The notes beneath the pieces are model-generated. The model was not told the origin of the DNA. It did no database searches and worked only from the letters and a program-made list of their open reading frames with translations. Shown piece after piece: positions 38,989-48,713 of a stretch of DNA of 64,000 nucleotides; position 1 is the first letter of the stretch; each line of letters opens with the position of its first letter. The translations under genes were made by a program, and so were the position numbers. The stretch comes from a virus (lineage: Duplodnaviria; Heunggongvirae; Uroviricota; Caudoviricetes). The stretch lies in the IMG/VR virus record IMGVR_UViG_3300029880_000003, positions 2,978 to 66,977 of that record. The stretch is one strand, 5' to 3'.

Positions 38989-41900
38989 TTAGAAAGAAAT
39001 CTCTATCAATACGCCAGCTTTGTTATATGCATTTGCAAATCCATACAAAGCGCCAGTTGCCTCAACCTGATAGATATAATTCGCATAGGAGGCATTAGGA
39101 GAACGCAACCAATAAGAAGCGTAATCTCCTCCAACATATGCGCGTTTTCTCTTCTCATCAGAAATCATATAAGAAATGGTAGAGCCTTCATTTGTATAAG
39201 GCTCTGTATTTATCGTACTCTCATTACTTACTTCGATTGCTGCTGGGATTGTGATATAACAATCAGACGTGCTAATCTCAGTTGACAGATTTCCAATAGA
39301 AGACGCAACAGTCACCTTCTTGAGGAGCGACTTTATCTGAGTAGGCATGGCTTCGTACAGTCTGTTATTTAGGAACTCATTGAGTTTAGAGTTTGCCCAA
39401 CCGCCAACAGATGTGTTGGTTGTATTGTAAGCCCTGCCGTTGTCAAGCAGATGAGTCGCAAGCAAACTGAACGTGCATCGCTGGGAAGGATTGTCACTCA
39501 GATAATAGCGTTTGAAACCGCACACTTCCAAGCTCACATTCTCGTGAGTCCAACCAGCAAGCTTCTTGCAAGCGTCATCTCCGAGATCCATGTACCAAAC
39601 TTTCGACCAATTGACCTCGCCAACGGCATTGTTCTCAAACGCACCATCATCTGCCTTAGCGCAACCGAACACAAGGGTGCTGTTTGCAATAGTAGGTTTA
39701 GAACGCTGAAGAACGACTGTCTCTGGCTCAGCAGAATCAAGCTTAGAGTTGTAAATAGTAAGGTTATTCTCGCCTTTCTTATGCCTGATTACAAGCATCT
39801 CACGAGAATCCTTTGACGCAGAGACAGTAGAACTTGTTCCCCAAGTTGTCTTAACATCTCCATTGCTGTACCAAAGCTTGAAACCGTTGGATCCGTTTGA
39901 TTGCAAACACTGAGCCAATACAGCGTTATTAGCGCTTTCAGAGCTTGCCTTATAATCAATGGCAAGAACAAAGTCTCTATCCTCATCAAACAATTTCACG
40001 CCAGTATCAACATGGTTAGATCCATCAAACCTGGTCTTCTTTGAGATAAGAACCTTAGACTCGATATCATCATAATCAACATCGTATCCGATATCGAACG
40101 AGTAGGTATCACCATCTTGAATGTCGGCACCAGAATAAGCAATGCCCATCTTAGTGATGGCGTAAATCTCGGCGGGAGTCATATCACTAAGATTTTTCCC
40201 TTCGAATGCGCCAGAGTAGTATTCAAATGAATCGAATACGGCGTTCACGGTTTTATCCCCATCGATATAACCGCTCTTATCCCATCTGTTGAACAGATAG
40301 TATTTGTATGCGCCTTCCTCAAGGGTATACGTAGGAATCTCTCCCTTATACAAAACATTCTCTCCATAAAGACCAGTAGACTCTTGGAGGGTAATGCCGT
40401 TAGACACATATTTGATAGTATATCGTCTTGTAGACTCAGTGTATGTAGCCTTGATAGTTCTCTCACTGAATATGTTGTTGAAGGAGCCTTCCCAACCAGC
40501 AAACGTGAAGTCGGTGCTTACAGTGCTTTCCTTGGTTGGGATTGCAATAGGATCGTCTTCCCTTGTGGTGGGGTCAACAGCATTGCCGCCCTTGTCAACA
40601 TACTGAACATCAAGCACATCACCATTGTCGTTCACAAAGGTTACAGCATATTGCTCAACCATTGTGTTGAATACGATTTCAAGGTCAGACCATGCCTCAC
40701 GATAGTCATATAGCTGTTGCTGCTTGACAACAGGAACATGAACAGTACCAGTCAACACAGACTGCTCAACATTATATCCATTCTTATCAATACCAGCCAT
40801 CTTGTAGATACGATCAAGAAGCTTCGTATCGTCAAGATTCCAATCAACGCCGATAATCCTTGCTCTATTGATGTTAGGAGACTTCTCGACAATATCCTTA
40901 GTATCAACAATATCACAATTCTCAATGATTACAGTTGTGACAGCATCGTATCCAGCAATAGATAAATTCGTGAGATACATCAAGTTCTTCATGTTGATAG
41001 ATGTCAATGTACCAGGAAGTTGCGCAAGCTTGATGCTGCCGCCACTGGCGAACAATATGCCTTTCAAGCCAGAACCAGACGAATAAAGCTCTTCAAGGTT
41101 TACGCACTTAGACAAATCCAAGCTGCTTACCAAGTTTGGAGTATTGCGAATATCAAGTTTCTCAAGAAGTTTATTGTTGCCAATAACAAGATTAGTCAAG
41201 AATGTATTTGAATATCCTTCAGTCGTGTTGCCGATAATCAGCTCTTTAAGCTTCTCAGCCTTAGAGAAGTCATTGTCATGTATATAGCAAGCAGACACAT
41301 CGCCAACAGACTGAATCCTAGACGCACCATAGATAAGCACTGCGGTATCGTCCATAGTATCATATGGGCATGGAATATCATATTGCTTTCCAGCCTTTGC
41401 CCTTACCTGAGTAGGGGAGGAATTGCCGAACATAACAGACAGATACATGTCTGAGAATGGAGTAAGATGAAGAGTATAGTTTGGTGCGACAACGGCATTC
41501 TTTGGTGTGTTGCATCTGAACATAATCTGATCTGATGTAGCAGTGTTGCCGATGAACTTAGTTGCCATATACATCTCTTGATCGCGTTCAAACTGCCTAC
41601 GCTGATACTTCTTCTTGCCGTTCATCATCTGCTCAAGGAATCGAGTATTGCCATCTTTATAGGGGCGTTCATACTTGCGCACGTAGTCAACGCGCCAAAG
41701 TTCCTCGCACCATTCATTCTGTTTCTCATCGAACTGATTGATAAGAGAGGTTGCGCCCCAACAATTCTTGCTTTCGCAACTTACGTACATCTTCTGCAAT
41801 TCAGAACCCATGAGGTCACGAACACGACAGAAGAAGACAGACTCAGCAGCATTAAAGACATAGCCAGAAGAGAGATCTCCGTCAACGCGATAGTCTGTAT

Positions 41901-44900
41901 CTTCCTTGCCATAAGTCATGGTAAGTTCGCCGCTGTTGTTAATACCAAGGCTCGAATCATTATCATAGTCCCAAAAATCAAAACGATATCCGTTATTGAT
42001 GCCAGCAGCTTCGTCATCAACAGTATAATAAGCAGCTTTGTCTCCAAGTGTTGTTGCTTCAGCGGTAGTGATGTAATGCTTAGCCCAATGCCAGAAGGTA
42101 TTTTTACTTCTGTTGTCGATCATCGTATATCTAAGTGTAAACAAATAAAAATACGTAGCAGAATCAACAATAAACCAATTGCCGAGTTTATTCTTAAAGT
42201 CTTCATCGCTTGAAGTAATTACGAACTCATAGAAATCTCGCCAAATCTGCTTATTGCTCGTTCTAATTTGCTCTTTTGTTTCATCAGTAGAGATAGATGA
42301 GCCGTCTTTTGTGTCTCCACAGCAGTCATAGCGGAACTCAAACGAGCCGTCCCAATCGTTATACAAAGCGTCATAGGCTTCATTCCCAGCAACCCATTCA
42401 GCCTTTGTGATAGGATACTTCATAGAGCCATCAGATTTAGCAACACCAGTCTGGAAGATGGAGTTAGGCAACGTGTTATCGCTAATCTCGATTGTGAATT
42501 CCTTCATGTCATCAGGATCATATGCTCTTGTAACATCTGTCTTCTTAGAATCGCCGATGTTCGCTAACGCGTAGAAATGGTATTCTGTATCTTGAAATTC
42601 CCTGTGAGTCGTTAAATCTGGGTCGCTTTCCTTAATGAAGACAACACAGTTTACAAACTCCATATCATTCTTAATCCTAGAATCTCTGCGAGTTGCAGGG
42701 GTAGAATATGGGAGATAATCATTATATCTCTTCTGAAGGTATGCGTTATTTACCATCTCGGAGCTTGCAATATTAACTTTTAAATTTAGCCAGTTATTCG
42801 GTACAGATGTTCTAGTAAGCGAAACCTTGCCAGTGCCATCCGTAACTGTACTGCCGTCACCAAGCGTAAGCTTAGTAATGTAATTCGGGTCTAGCTCAAT
42901 TTTGCTAGTCACTTGATGCTTGCCATCAAATCCACCAATAATATCAATGTTACGACCAGCAGCGCCATATTCATTGGAAGTTGTCCCTTGTCCAGAATGT
43001 ACCATGTTTGTAAACTTCCAGTTATCAAGAACCGCATCGCCATTTTTATAGATACATTCAACATTCGTATTTAATACAAAATCTTTCTTGTTGTTTGTAA
43101 AGTGAGGTGCCTCAATCTTGATAACTCTCATATCAGGACAAGCTTCCGCAACAGACTCAGGAGTAAGAATGTTGTTCTCGTTATAAATCTGATTTCGATT
43201 ATAACGGTCAATCATCTCCGTAGCGGTACGTGCATCTGCGATAAAGTTAGACAAAATAGCAGAACTTGTAAGGCTTGTATTATAAGCCTTCATACGGTAA
43301 ATCATAACATCACAATCAGCAGAACCAATCGTAATAGGAACTGGGTTCTCCTGTGTGAAAGAGTAGTCATTTGTATAGCTCATAGGGCGGCAAGGAGTAC
43401 CATCTTCATAAGACATAACGATAGGAATGTCCGTATCCTTATTGATATTGAACTCCCATTCAATAATATCCTCTTCGCTATATGGAATATACAGGGACTT
43501 TGCATTTGATTTAATATAAGCCTCATGCACATTCATCTGAAGACCAATTACAGATGTGTCACCAGACTGACAAGTAAGGAATGTAGCATCGCTCTTTGCA
43601 ACATTCGTGGTCTTGAACACAAGCTTAAATTCCTTGCCGTTTCTCCTAGCATCATCTGCAAACAGATTATAAGAGATAACGACAGATGTACCAGCTTTCA
43701 CGCAGAAATACTGATCGCCATTCTCATCAATCTGATAGCCACCGTTAACCCAGTCGAAATTATCAGATACGGTCATAGCAACATCACCGTCAGACCAAAG
43801 CCTATCTGCATCATTGTTCGACTTACCAGATGGATTGAAGTCAAATGCAAGACCAGCGGTAACAGGCTCGATATCGACATCAAGTTTCTCAATAGTTGCA
43901 ACAATGGTCTTCGCTGTCTTGCCGCAAGTAATAGTAAGAGTGTGTTGACCAACATCAGAAGACTTATATTGCCAAGTCTGGGTATTGTTATCGATTGTCA
44001 AAGTCGATACAACCTTGCCATCAACAGCCAATGTCACCTCTGGTGTTTCAGTAGAAGGGTCATACACGGTGTATACAATGTTGGTCGCATCGTATTGCTT
44101 TGCCGTGAGCTTCTGCTGAACACAGCCGATAACGGGAACATCGCTTGAAGGATTGTACCAAATAATATCCTTCATGATATGGTTTGACTCGATAGTGCTG
44201 CCATTGATCTCTGCCGTCATATAAACTTCGAGAAGATGAGAGCCATGTTCCTGAGAAGGCAACTCGTATCCCAGCGGAACACCAGACACAGACGTTTCAA
44301 CGGCACCAAGTTCTTTACCGTCCAAAACAAAGTGAACGGTCTTTGAAATCGCGCCATAGGGAGTGTAGTCAAAGGAAACCTTGCCAATTGGATAAGTCAG
44401 CTTGTCATTAAAAGTAGACTCAATGCGAACATCTACTTTTTGAACAGTCCAAGATTTAGTTACAAGGCTTCCTGCGTCATCAACAATGCTCAGGTTTACC
44501 TTCTGCGTACCAACGGTAAGATAGTCGGTAACATCAAAAGAGTTCTCACCAGCAACAGCGGTATTCGTTGCCACAATAGAACCACCAACTCGCCAAGTTG
44601 CCGTGCCTTCCATAACTGCATCGCCAGAAGAGTCCGTACCAGAGAAGTTGTACTTGATTATAACCTTATCTTCGAGAGTTGAGACAATTGGTGTGGCAGT
44701 TACATATTCGATCTTAAGCACACTGCTCGTGCTACCGCCACCGCTGCCGCCTTGAATCTTAAACTGGCTCTTAGCAGTTCTTACCTCAGAATCGCCATTG
44801 CCCTCATTCTCAATCTCCCACAGCGTATAGATGTTGTCTTCTCCGTAGGTAGCGTCATAAGTAAGACGAGGAGATTTGTCAATGCCGTTAATTGAATCTT

Positions 44901-46176
44901 CTAGCTCGACAATCTTCTTGCTGATAGTGGTAATATTCTGACTATTTGCGTCAATAGAAGATGTCATGCCAGACACTTTGTTGTCAGTGGCAGCAAGGCT
45001 TTCTTTTGTGGCAAACTTAGAATCAACATTTGTCTTCGTGTAATAATCAGATGCAAGAGTCTCAGGAAGACCATCAATATCAGAATGGATACCATCAAGG
45101 TCTGTCTGAATCTCACTCTTAAGAGTCTCGATTTTGCTGTTAACAGAAGCAATATACTCAGCAGATGGAACTGTGACAGACTTGATTACAGTAGCTCCAT
45201 TGTAGAACGTCATGATGCTGCCATCGTATTCAACCTTGAACTTAGCAAGACCATCAAGACTGTTGATTTGATCTTGAATGCCCTGTAGCTGGTCTGAGAT
45301 ATCAATATCATTAATCAGATTATCAACCTCTGTTTTAGTATAGTAAGAGGAGAGGGCTGTCTTCACTTTTTCATCAACGGTTGTCTGAACAGTGTTAGAT
45401 AAATCGTTCCTTGCAGTATCGACTGTCTTCTGTGCGTTATCTGCATATTGCCTTGCCTTTGCTTCAGAGTCGGCAGCATCGCTTGCATGTGTCGCAGCTT
45501 CCTGCGCAGAAGCTTGTGCATCTGCAACCTTCTCGTTCACAAGAGTAATAAAGCTAGTCATCCATGAGTTGTCTGGTTTGATAGCTCCATTGCCCGATAA
45601 AGACTTAAGGACATTCAGGTTAGAATCAATCTTAGACTTCCAAATATAATCCTCACCCTTTGAGTTCACGCCAGTAGCTTGAATCTCAAAACTAAGATTG
45701 CCAGCAACAGCAGTTGCATCATTGCCGACAAGCCAGCCGAAGCGAATCTTGTCCGCACTCTTATACACATTCACTGGATCTGAATAACTCTCATAGCCGT
45801 CTTGGTTTACGAAGTGAACCAGAAGCTTAGCATTGGTTAAGTCGAAACCGTCATAGTATCGTGGCATCTCAAACGGAATGAACTGAGAGTTTGATTCCTG
45901 CGTGATGTTGATCTGCTTGTGATTAAGAGAGATGTTCTTCTCATCGTCAACAGTAGAGATATCATCGTCAGAGTAATCATCATAGGACTTGTAATTGTCG
46001 CACAAAGTCCATTCGCTGCCCAAAGACATAACAACTGGTTTGGCAGCATACTCTTCAGTGTTAAGAGCTTGCTCATCTACTACGTAATCTAAGCTTGCTA
46101 CAGATACATCCTCAGAATTATCTTCAGACTGTTCATTTGCCTTCAGAGAGTCTTCAAAAGATAAAGCCATATTCAT
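38989..46176 (-). CDS. 2395-aa multidomain virion protein (BppU-like, Ig/LamG-like, CotH-kinase-like, LRR, InlB-like, DUF6273-like C-terminus)
   Basis: MPRYYDGFDL/WLV..AT..AG.L.F; DNRSKN..DYDNDS; LEKLDIRNTPNL LRRs; GGWANS..YWLRSP. Confidence 0.7.
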   Translation of the reverse strand: MNMALSFEDSLKANEQSEDNSEDVSVASLDYVVDEQALNTEEYAAKPVVMSLGSEWTLCDNYKSYDDYSDDDISTVDDEKNISLNHKQINITQESNSQFIPFEMPRYYDGFDLTNAKLLVHFVNQDGYESYSDPVNVYKSADKIRFGWLVGNDATAVAGNLSFEIQATGVNSKGEDYIWKSKIDSNLNVLKSLSGNGAIKPDNSWMTSFITLVNEKVADAQASAQEAATHASDAADSEAKARQYADNAQKTVDTARNDLSNTVQTTVDEKVKTALSSYYTKTEVDNLINDIDISDQLQGIQDQINSLDGLAKFKVEYDGSIMTFYNGATVIKSVTVPSAEYIASVNSKIETLKSEIQTDLDGIHSDIDGLPETLASDYYTKTNVDSKFATKESLAATDNKVSGMTSSIDANSQNITTISKKIVELEDSINGIDKSPRLTYDATYGEDNIYTLWEIENEGNGDSEVRTAKSQFKIQGGSGGGSTSSVLKIEYVTATPIVSTLEDKVIIKYNFSGTDSSGDAVMEGTATWRVGGSIVATNTAVAGENSFDVTDYLTVGTQKVNLSIVDDAGSLVTKSWTVQKVDVRIESTFNDKLTYPIGKVSFDYTPYGAISKTVHFVLDGKELGAVETSVSGVPLGYELPSQEHGSHLLEVYMTAEINGSTIESNHIMKDIIWYNPSSDVPVIGCVQQKLTAKQYDATNIVYTVYDPSTETPEVTLAVDGKVVSTLTIDNNTQTWQYKSSDVGQHTLTITCGKTAKTIVATIEKLDVDIEPVTAGLAFDFNPSGKSNNDADRLWSDGDVAMTVSDNFDWVNGGYQIDENGDQYFCVKAGTSVVISYNLFADDARRNGKEFKLVFKTTNVAKSDATFLTCQSGDTSVIGLQMNVHEAYIKSNAKSLYIPYSEEDIIEWEFNINKDTDIPIVMSYEDGTPCRPMSYTNDYSFTQENPVPITIGSADCDVMIYRMKAYNTSLTSSAILSNFIADARTATEMIDRYNRNQIYNENNILTPESVAEACPDMRVIKIEAPHFTNNKKDFVLNTNVECIYKNGDAVLDNWKFTNMVHSGQGTTSNEYGAAGRNIDIIGGFDGKHQVTSKIELDPNYITKLTLGDGSTVTDGTGKVSLTRTSVPNNWLNLKVNIASSEMVNNAYLQKRYNDYLPYSTPATRRDSRIKNDMEFVNCVVFIKESDPDLTTHREFQDTEYHFYALANIGDSKKTDVTRAYDPDDMKEFTIEISDNTLPNSIFQTGVAKSDGSMKYPITKAEWVAGNEAYDALYNDWDGSFEFRYDCCGDTKDGSSISTDETKEQIRTSNKQIWRDFYEFVITSSDEDFKNKLGNWFIVDSATYFYLFTLRYTMIDNRSKNTFWHWAKHYITTAEATTLGDKAAYYTVDDEAAGINNGYRFDFWDYDNDSSLGINNSGELTMTYGKEDTDYRVDGDLSSGYVFNAAESVFFCRVRDLMGSELQKMYVSCESKNCWGATSLINQFDEKQNEWCEELWRVDYVRKYERPYKDGNTRFLEQMMNGKKKYQRRQFERDQEMYMATKFIGNTATSDQIMFRCNTPKNAVVAPNYTLHLTPFSDMYLSVMFGNSSPTQVRAKAGKQYDIPCPYDTMDDTAVLIYGASRIQSVGDVSACYIHDNDFSKAEKLKELIIGNTTEGYSNTFLTNLVIGNNKLLEKLDIRNTPNLVSSLDLSKCVNLEELYSSGSGLKGILFASGGSIKLAQLPGTLTSINMKNLMYLTNLSIAGYDAVTTVIIENCDIVDTKDIVEKSPNINRARIIGVDWNLDDTKLLDRIYKMAGIDKNGYNVEQSVLTGTVHVPVVKQQQLYDYREAWSDLEIVFNTMVEQYAVTFVNDNGDVLDVQYVDKGGNAVDPTTREDDPIAIPTKESTVSTDFTFAGWEGSFNNIFSERTIKATYTESTRRYTIKYVSNGITLQESTGLYGENVLYKGEIPTYTLEEGAYKYYLFNRWDKSGYIDGDKTVNAVFDSFEYYSGAFEGKNLSDMTPAEIYAITKMGIAYSGADIQDGDTYSFDIGYDVDYDDIESKVLISKKTRFDGSNHVDTGVKLFDEDRDFVLAIDYKASSESANNAVLAQCLQSNGSNGFKLWYSNGDVKTTWGTSSTVSASKDSREMLVIRHKKGENNLTIYNSKLDSAEPETVVLQRSKPTIANSTLVFGCAKADDGAFENNAVGEVNWSKVWYMDLGDDACKKLAGWTHENVSLEVCGFKRYYLSDNPSQRCTFSLLATHLLDNGRAYNTTNTSVGGWANSKLNEFLNNRLYEAMPTQIKSLLKKVTVASSIGNLSTEISTSDCYITIPAAIEVSNESTINTEPYTNEGSTISYMISDEKRKRAYVGGDYASYWLRSPNASYANYIYQVEATGALYGFANAYNKAGVLIEISF

Positions 46177-46208
46177 CCTCCTTTCAAACTAATTAATATT
46201 AGCAATAA

Positions 46209-46853
46209 CTAAAACTCAACAACCTCTGTCTCACCAGAATTAGGATCGTCATTATCATCGTTAGTAATGATAACTGCATCACCGATTTCCTTTGCGCCAG
46301 ACAAAAGTTGCAAAGCACTTGTTTTCTTATCATATTTAATATTATCTGCCTTGGTATCGATAATCGCATTTCCGATATCAGCCATCTCCTTCAATTGAGA
46401 ATCGAGCTTGATGATGCGTTGGTCGATGGCACTCAAGGCACCGTCTGGAACAACATCGCTCCAAGCACTGATAGGCAGAATCTCAACAAAGCATGTGGAT
46501 GTTTTCCTTACACGCTGAATACTCTTACCGTTCTCATCCATATCAGAGTAGATGAAGGTAAGCTGCAACTCAATCTTACCAGGTTCAGATGTGAGATTCG
46601 TATCGAACGGGAGAGTGTACTTAAGGTACTCTTCATAGCCTTCCTCTGAAAGCTCAAGAATCTCACTCTCATACTTCTTACTTACAGGAAGGACATACTC
46701 AAGAACAACAGTACAAAGAGACATATCATATCCCTTGTAAGTGGGTTCTGCAAGAAACCAAAGATTCGAGAATAACTTGCTTCTTTGCATAATACGCTCT
46801 TTTTTACTTGCGGTAAGCGAGTTGTCGCTATTTACTAAAATGACATAAGCCAT
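46209..46853 (-). CDS. BppU-like baseplate protein
   Basis: IMQRSK, LTSEPGKIELQLTF, RVRKTS. Confidence 0.65.
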   Translation of the reverse strand: MAYVILVNSDNSLTASKKERIMQRSKLFSNLWFLAEPTYKGYDMSLCTVVLEYVLPVSKKYESEILELSEEGYEEYLKYTLPFDTNLTSEPGKIELQLTFIYSDMDENGKSIQRVRKTSTCFVEILPISAWSDVVPDGALSAIDQRIIKLDSQLKEMADIGNAIIDTKADNIKYDKKTSALQLLSGAKEIGDAVIITNDDNDDPNSGETEVVEF

Positions 46854-47004
46854 AAAGGTGTCACCTCATTTCATCAGTGTTTACAATAGTATATATTCGG
46901 TTACACCATAGACATCTCAAACGAATGTATGATGCAAAGAAGAAAGTTATCAAGTCATGGAGCGGAGCCACATGTCACGCCCCATGACTTGCAAGATAGC
47001 TAAA

Positions 47005-47925
47005 CTATCGAAGAAGGGCGGCAAAGGTATTCTTGCCAGCAATACCGTCTACGGACAGACCGCAAGCGCGCTGGAAAGATTTCACCGCCCTGGTTGTGCC
47101 AGAGCCAAAGATCCCATCGAAACCGTTGGTGCTGTAACCACGGCAAATAAGAGCGCCCTGAAGCACTCTGGTAATGTTACCGCGAGCGCCTTGCCTTACA
47201 TTGATGCAAGCTGCGCGGGTCTTAGGACCCCAGATTCCGTCAACGGCAAGACCAGCACCGCACTGACGGTTAAGCTCAGTCTGAAGAGCCTTCACAAGAC
47301 CCTTCTTAGTGTTCTTACCGTTAATGCCGTCTACGGTCTGATGATAATCGTAGTTGTCATTGCACCACTGCTGTACTGCCGCAATACCAGAGCCACCAGA
47401 AGAAGAGCTGGAACCAGAGTTTGTGGATGCATTATTGGTGGTTACAGCAGGAGCCTGACCATTGGTAATCTTCTGACGAAGCTCACTCCAACGACCATTA
47501 TCCACATAATATGCTGGGCAGTGCTTACGGGAAGCGTCATAGTGACGCATAACATGATCGGCAGATACACCGAACTTGTTCATCAGATAGGGAACGAGTT
47601 CGCAAAGATATGCAATCTCCTTATCAGAGAATGCGCCGCCAGCGTTGACTACCTCGATGTTGATAGAGTTAGAGTTTGTGATGCCATAGCGACCGTGACC
47701 GTCACCGACAGCCCAGGTATAGTAACCGCTTGCAGGGTCATTGTATTCCCAGATGCCATTGTCATCTACAAAATAGTCGGCAGATGCATTGCGGTTGCCA
47801 CCAGCAAAATACTTGCAGTTGTTAATAGCAGGTGCAGTAGTAGAAGTATAATGGATGTTGATATACTTGATGCCTACGCCTCTGCGAGAGCGATTATATG
47901 AGCCATGATATTGATTAATCTGCAT
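47005..47925 (-). CDS. endolysin: N-acetylmuramoyl-L-alanine amidase plus peptidoglycan-binding repeats
   Basis: IHYT, ASADYFVD, SINIE, RHYD..K.CP; three VDGI.G..T motifs. Confidence 0.92.
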   Translation of the reverse strand: MQINQYHGSYNRSRRGVGIKYINIHYTSTTAPAINNCKYFAGGNRNASADYFVDDNGIWEYNDPASGYYTWAVGDGHGRYGITNSNSINIEVVNAGGAFSDKEIAYLCELVPYLMNKFGVSADHVMRHYDASRKHCPAYYVDNGRWSELRQKITNGQAPAVTTNNASTNSGSSSSSGGSGIAAVQQWCNDNYDYHQTVDGINGKNTKKGLVKALQTELNRQCGAGLAVDGIWGPKTRAACINVRQGARGNITRVLQGALICRGYSTNGFDGIFGSGTTRAVKSFQRACGLSVDGIAGKNTFAALLR

Positions 47926-48016
47926 TTTCTACCACCTCGTCTTCTTCGTCACGATAATTATCCCCTGCTTGTTCGCCGCGAATCTCGGCGATTTGTTCTT
48001 CGTTGAGTTCATCCAT
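47915..48016 (-). CDS. 33-aa acidic peptide (MDELNEEQIAEIRGEQ...)
   Basis: AGGAGG RBS; overlaps the endolysin start. Confidence 0.5.
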   Translation of the reverse strand: MDELNEEQIAEIRGEQAGDNYRDEEDEVVENAD

Positions 48017-48018
48017 GG

Positions 48019-48324
48019 CTATTCCTCCTTAATGTGAGTTGGCTTATCTAAGCCAATGCTATCTAGTCGGCGATGCGCTTCGTCTGCTCGATCTCTTGCA
48101 TTGAGAGCGATGCTTCGAATCTCGTTTATGTCGCGTTGGAAAGCCCGCTGATCGGCTTTTATGTCTTTTACGTCTTCGCTGATAAAATCCAATTTGGTAA
48201 CAACAGCGGTGATTGTGTGTTCGTCACCTCTTGCCTCTTTGCGTTGATTGAAGAAGTACGTGCATACACCGACAACGCAACCGATAATACCGATTACGAA
48301 CATCAATTCATCTAACGGCAACAC
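48019..48324 (-). CDS. single-TM coiled-coil holin-like protein
   Basis: N-terminal TM, C-terminal AHRRLD; in the lysis cassette. Confidence 0.7.
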   Translation of the reverse strand: MLPLDELMFVIGIIGCVVGVCTYFFNQRKEARGDEHTITAVVTKLDFISEDVKDIKADQRAFQRDINEIRSIALNARDRADEAHRRLDSIGLDKPTHIKEE

Positions 48325-48361
48325 GACTCACCTCCTTGATGCTTACGATAAAGCGCCAGCA

Positions 48362-48622
48362 TTACTCATCTTCCTCGGCTGGCTTCTCATATTGCATAGC
48401 ATTGGAGCTGTCGCTGATGCCGCTCGTGGTTGGGTCAACCACAATACCCAAGGATGCGAGCATGGACACCACCATCACGGCAAGGTTGAGAACCTGGTCT
48501 TGTGCAATGCCAGGCGTTACGCCAAAGAGCGACAGAATAGAATAAATGAAAGCCACCACTGTGGTAATAAGGGTGATGAGCGTAGTCTTATTCTGCAATC
48601 TAAGTTTCCAATTGATATTCAT
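48362..48622 (-). CDS. phi-LC3-family holin
   Basis: INWKLRLQNK...LGIVVDPTT.GISDS. Confidence 0.88.
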   Translation of the reverse strand: MNINWKLRLQNKTTLITLITTVVAFIYSILSLFGVTPGIAQDQVLNLAVMVVSMLASLGIVVDPTTSGISDSSNAMQYEKPAEEDE

Positions 48623-48713
48623 TGTCAACCACTTCCTTAAATCCGTTTCAATGAAATATAAAAAGAGCCGCATATAAACGGCTCTGAGTTTGATACGATA
48701 TTTAATTCTAATA

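Noticed and set aside
23569..46176. Diversity-generating retroelement
   Set aside because: No reverse transcriptase and no TR/VR pair with adenine-specific mismatches were seen in this window.
46957..47901. 314-aa plus-strand ORF
   Set aside because: Antisense shadow of the endolysin.
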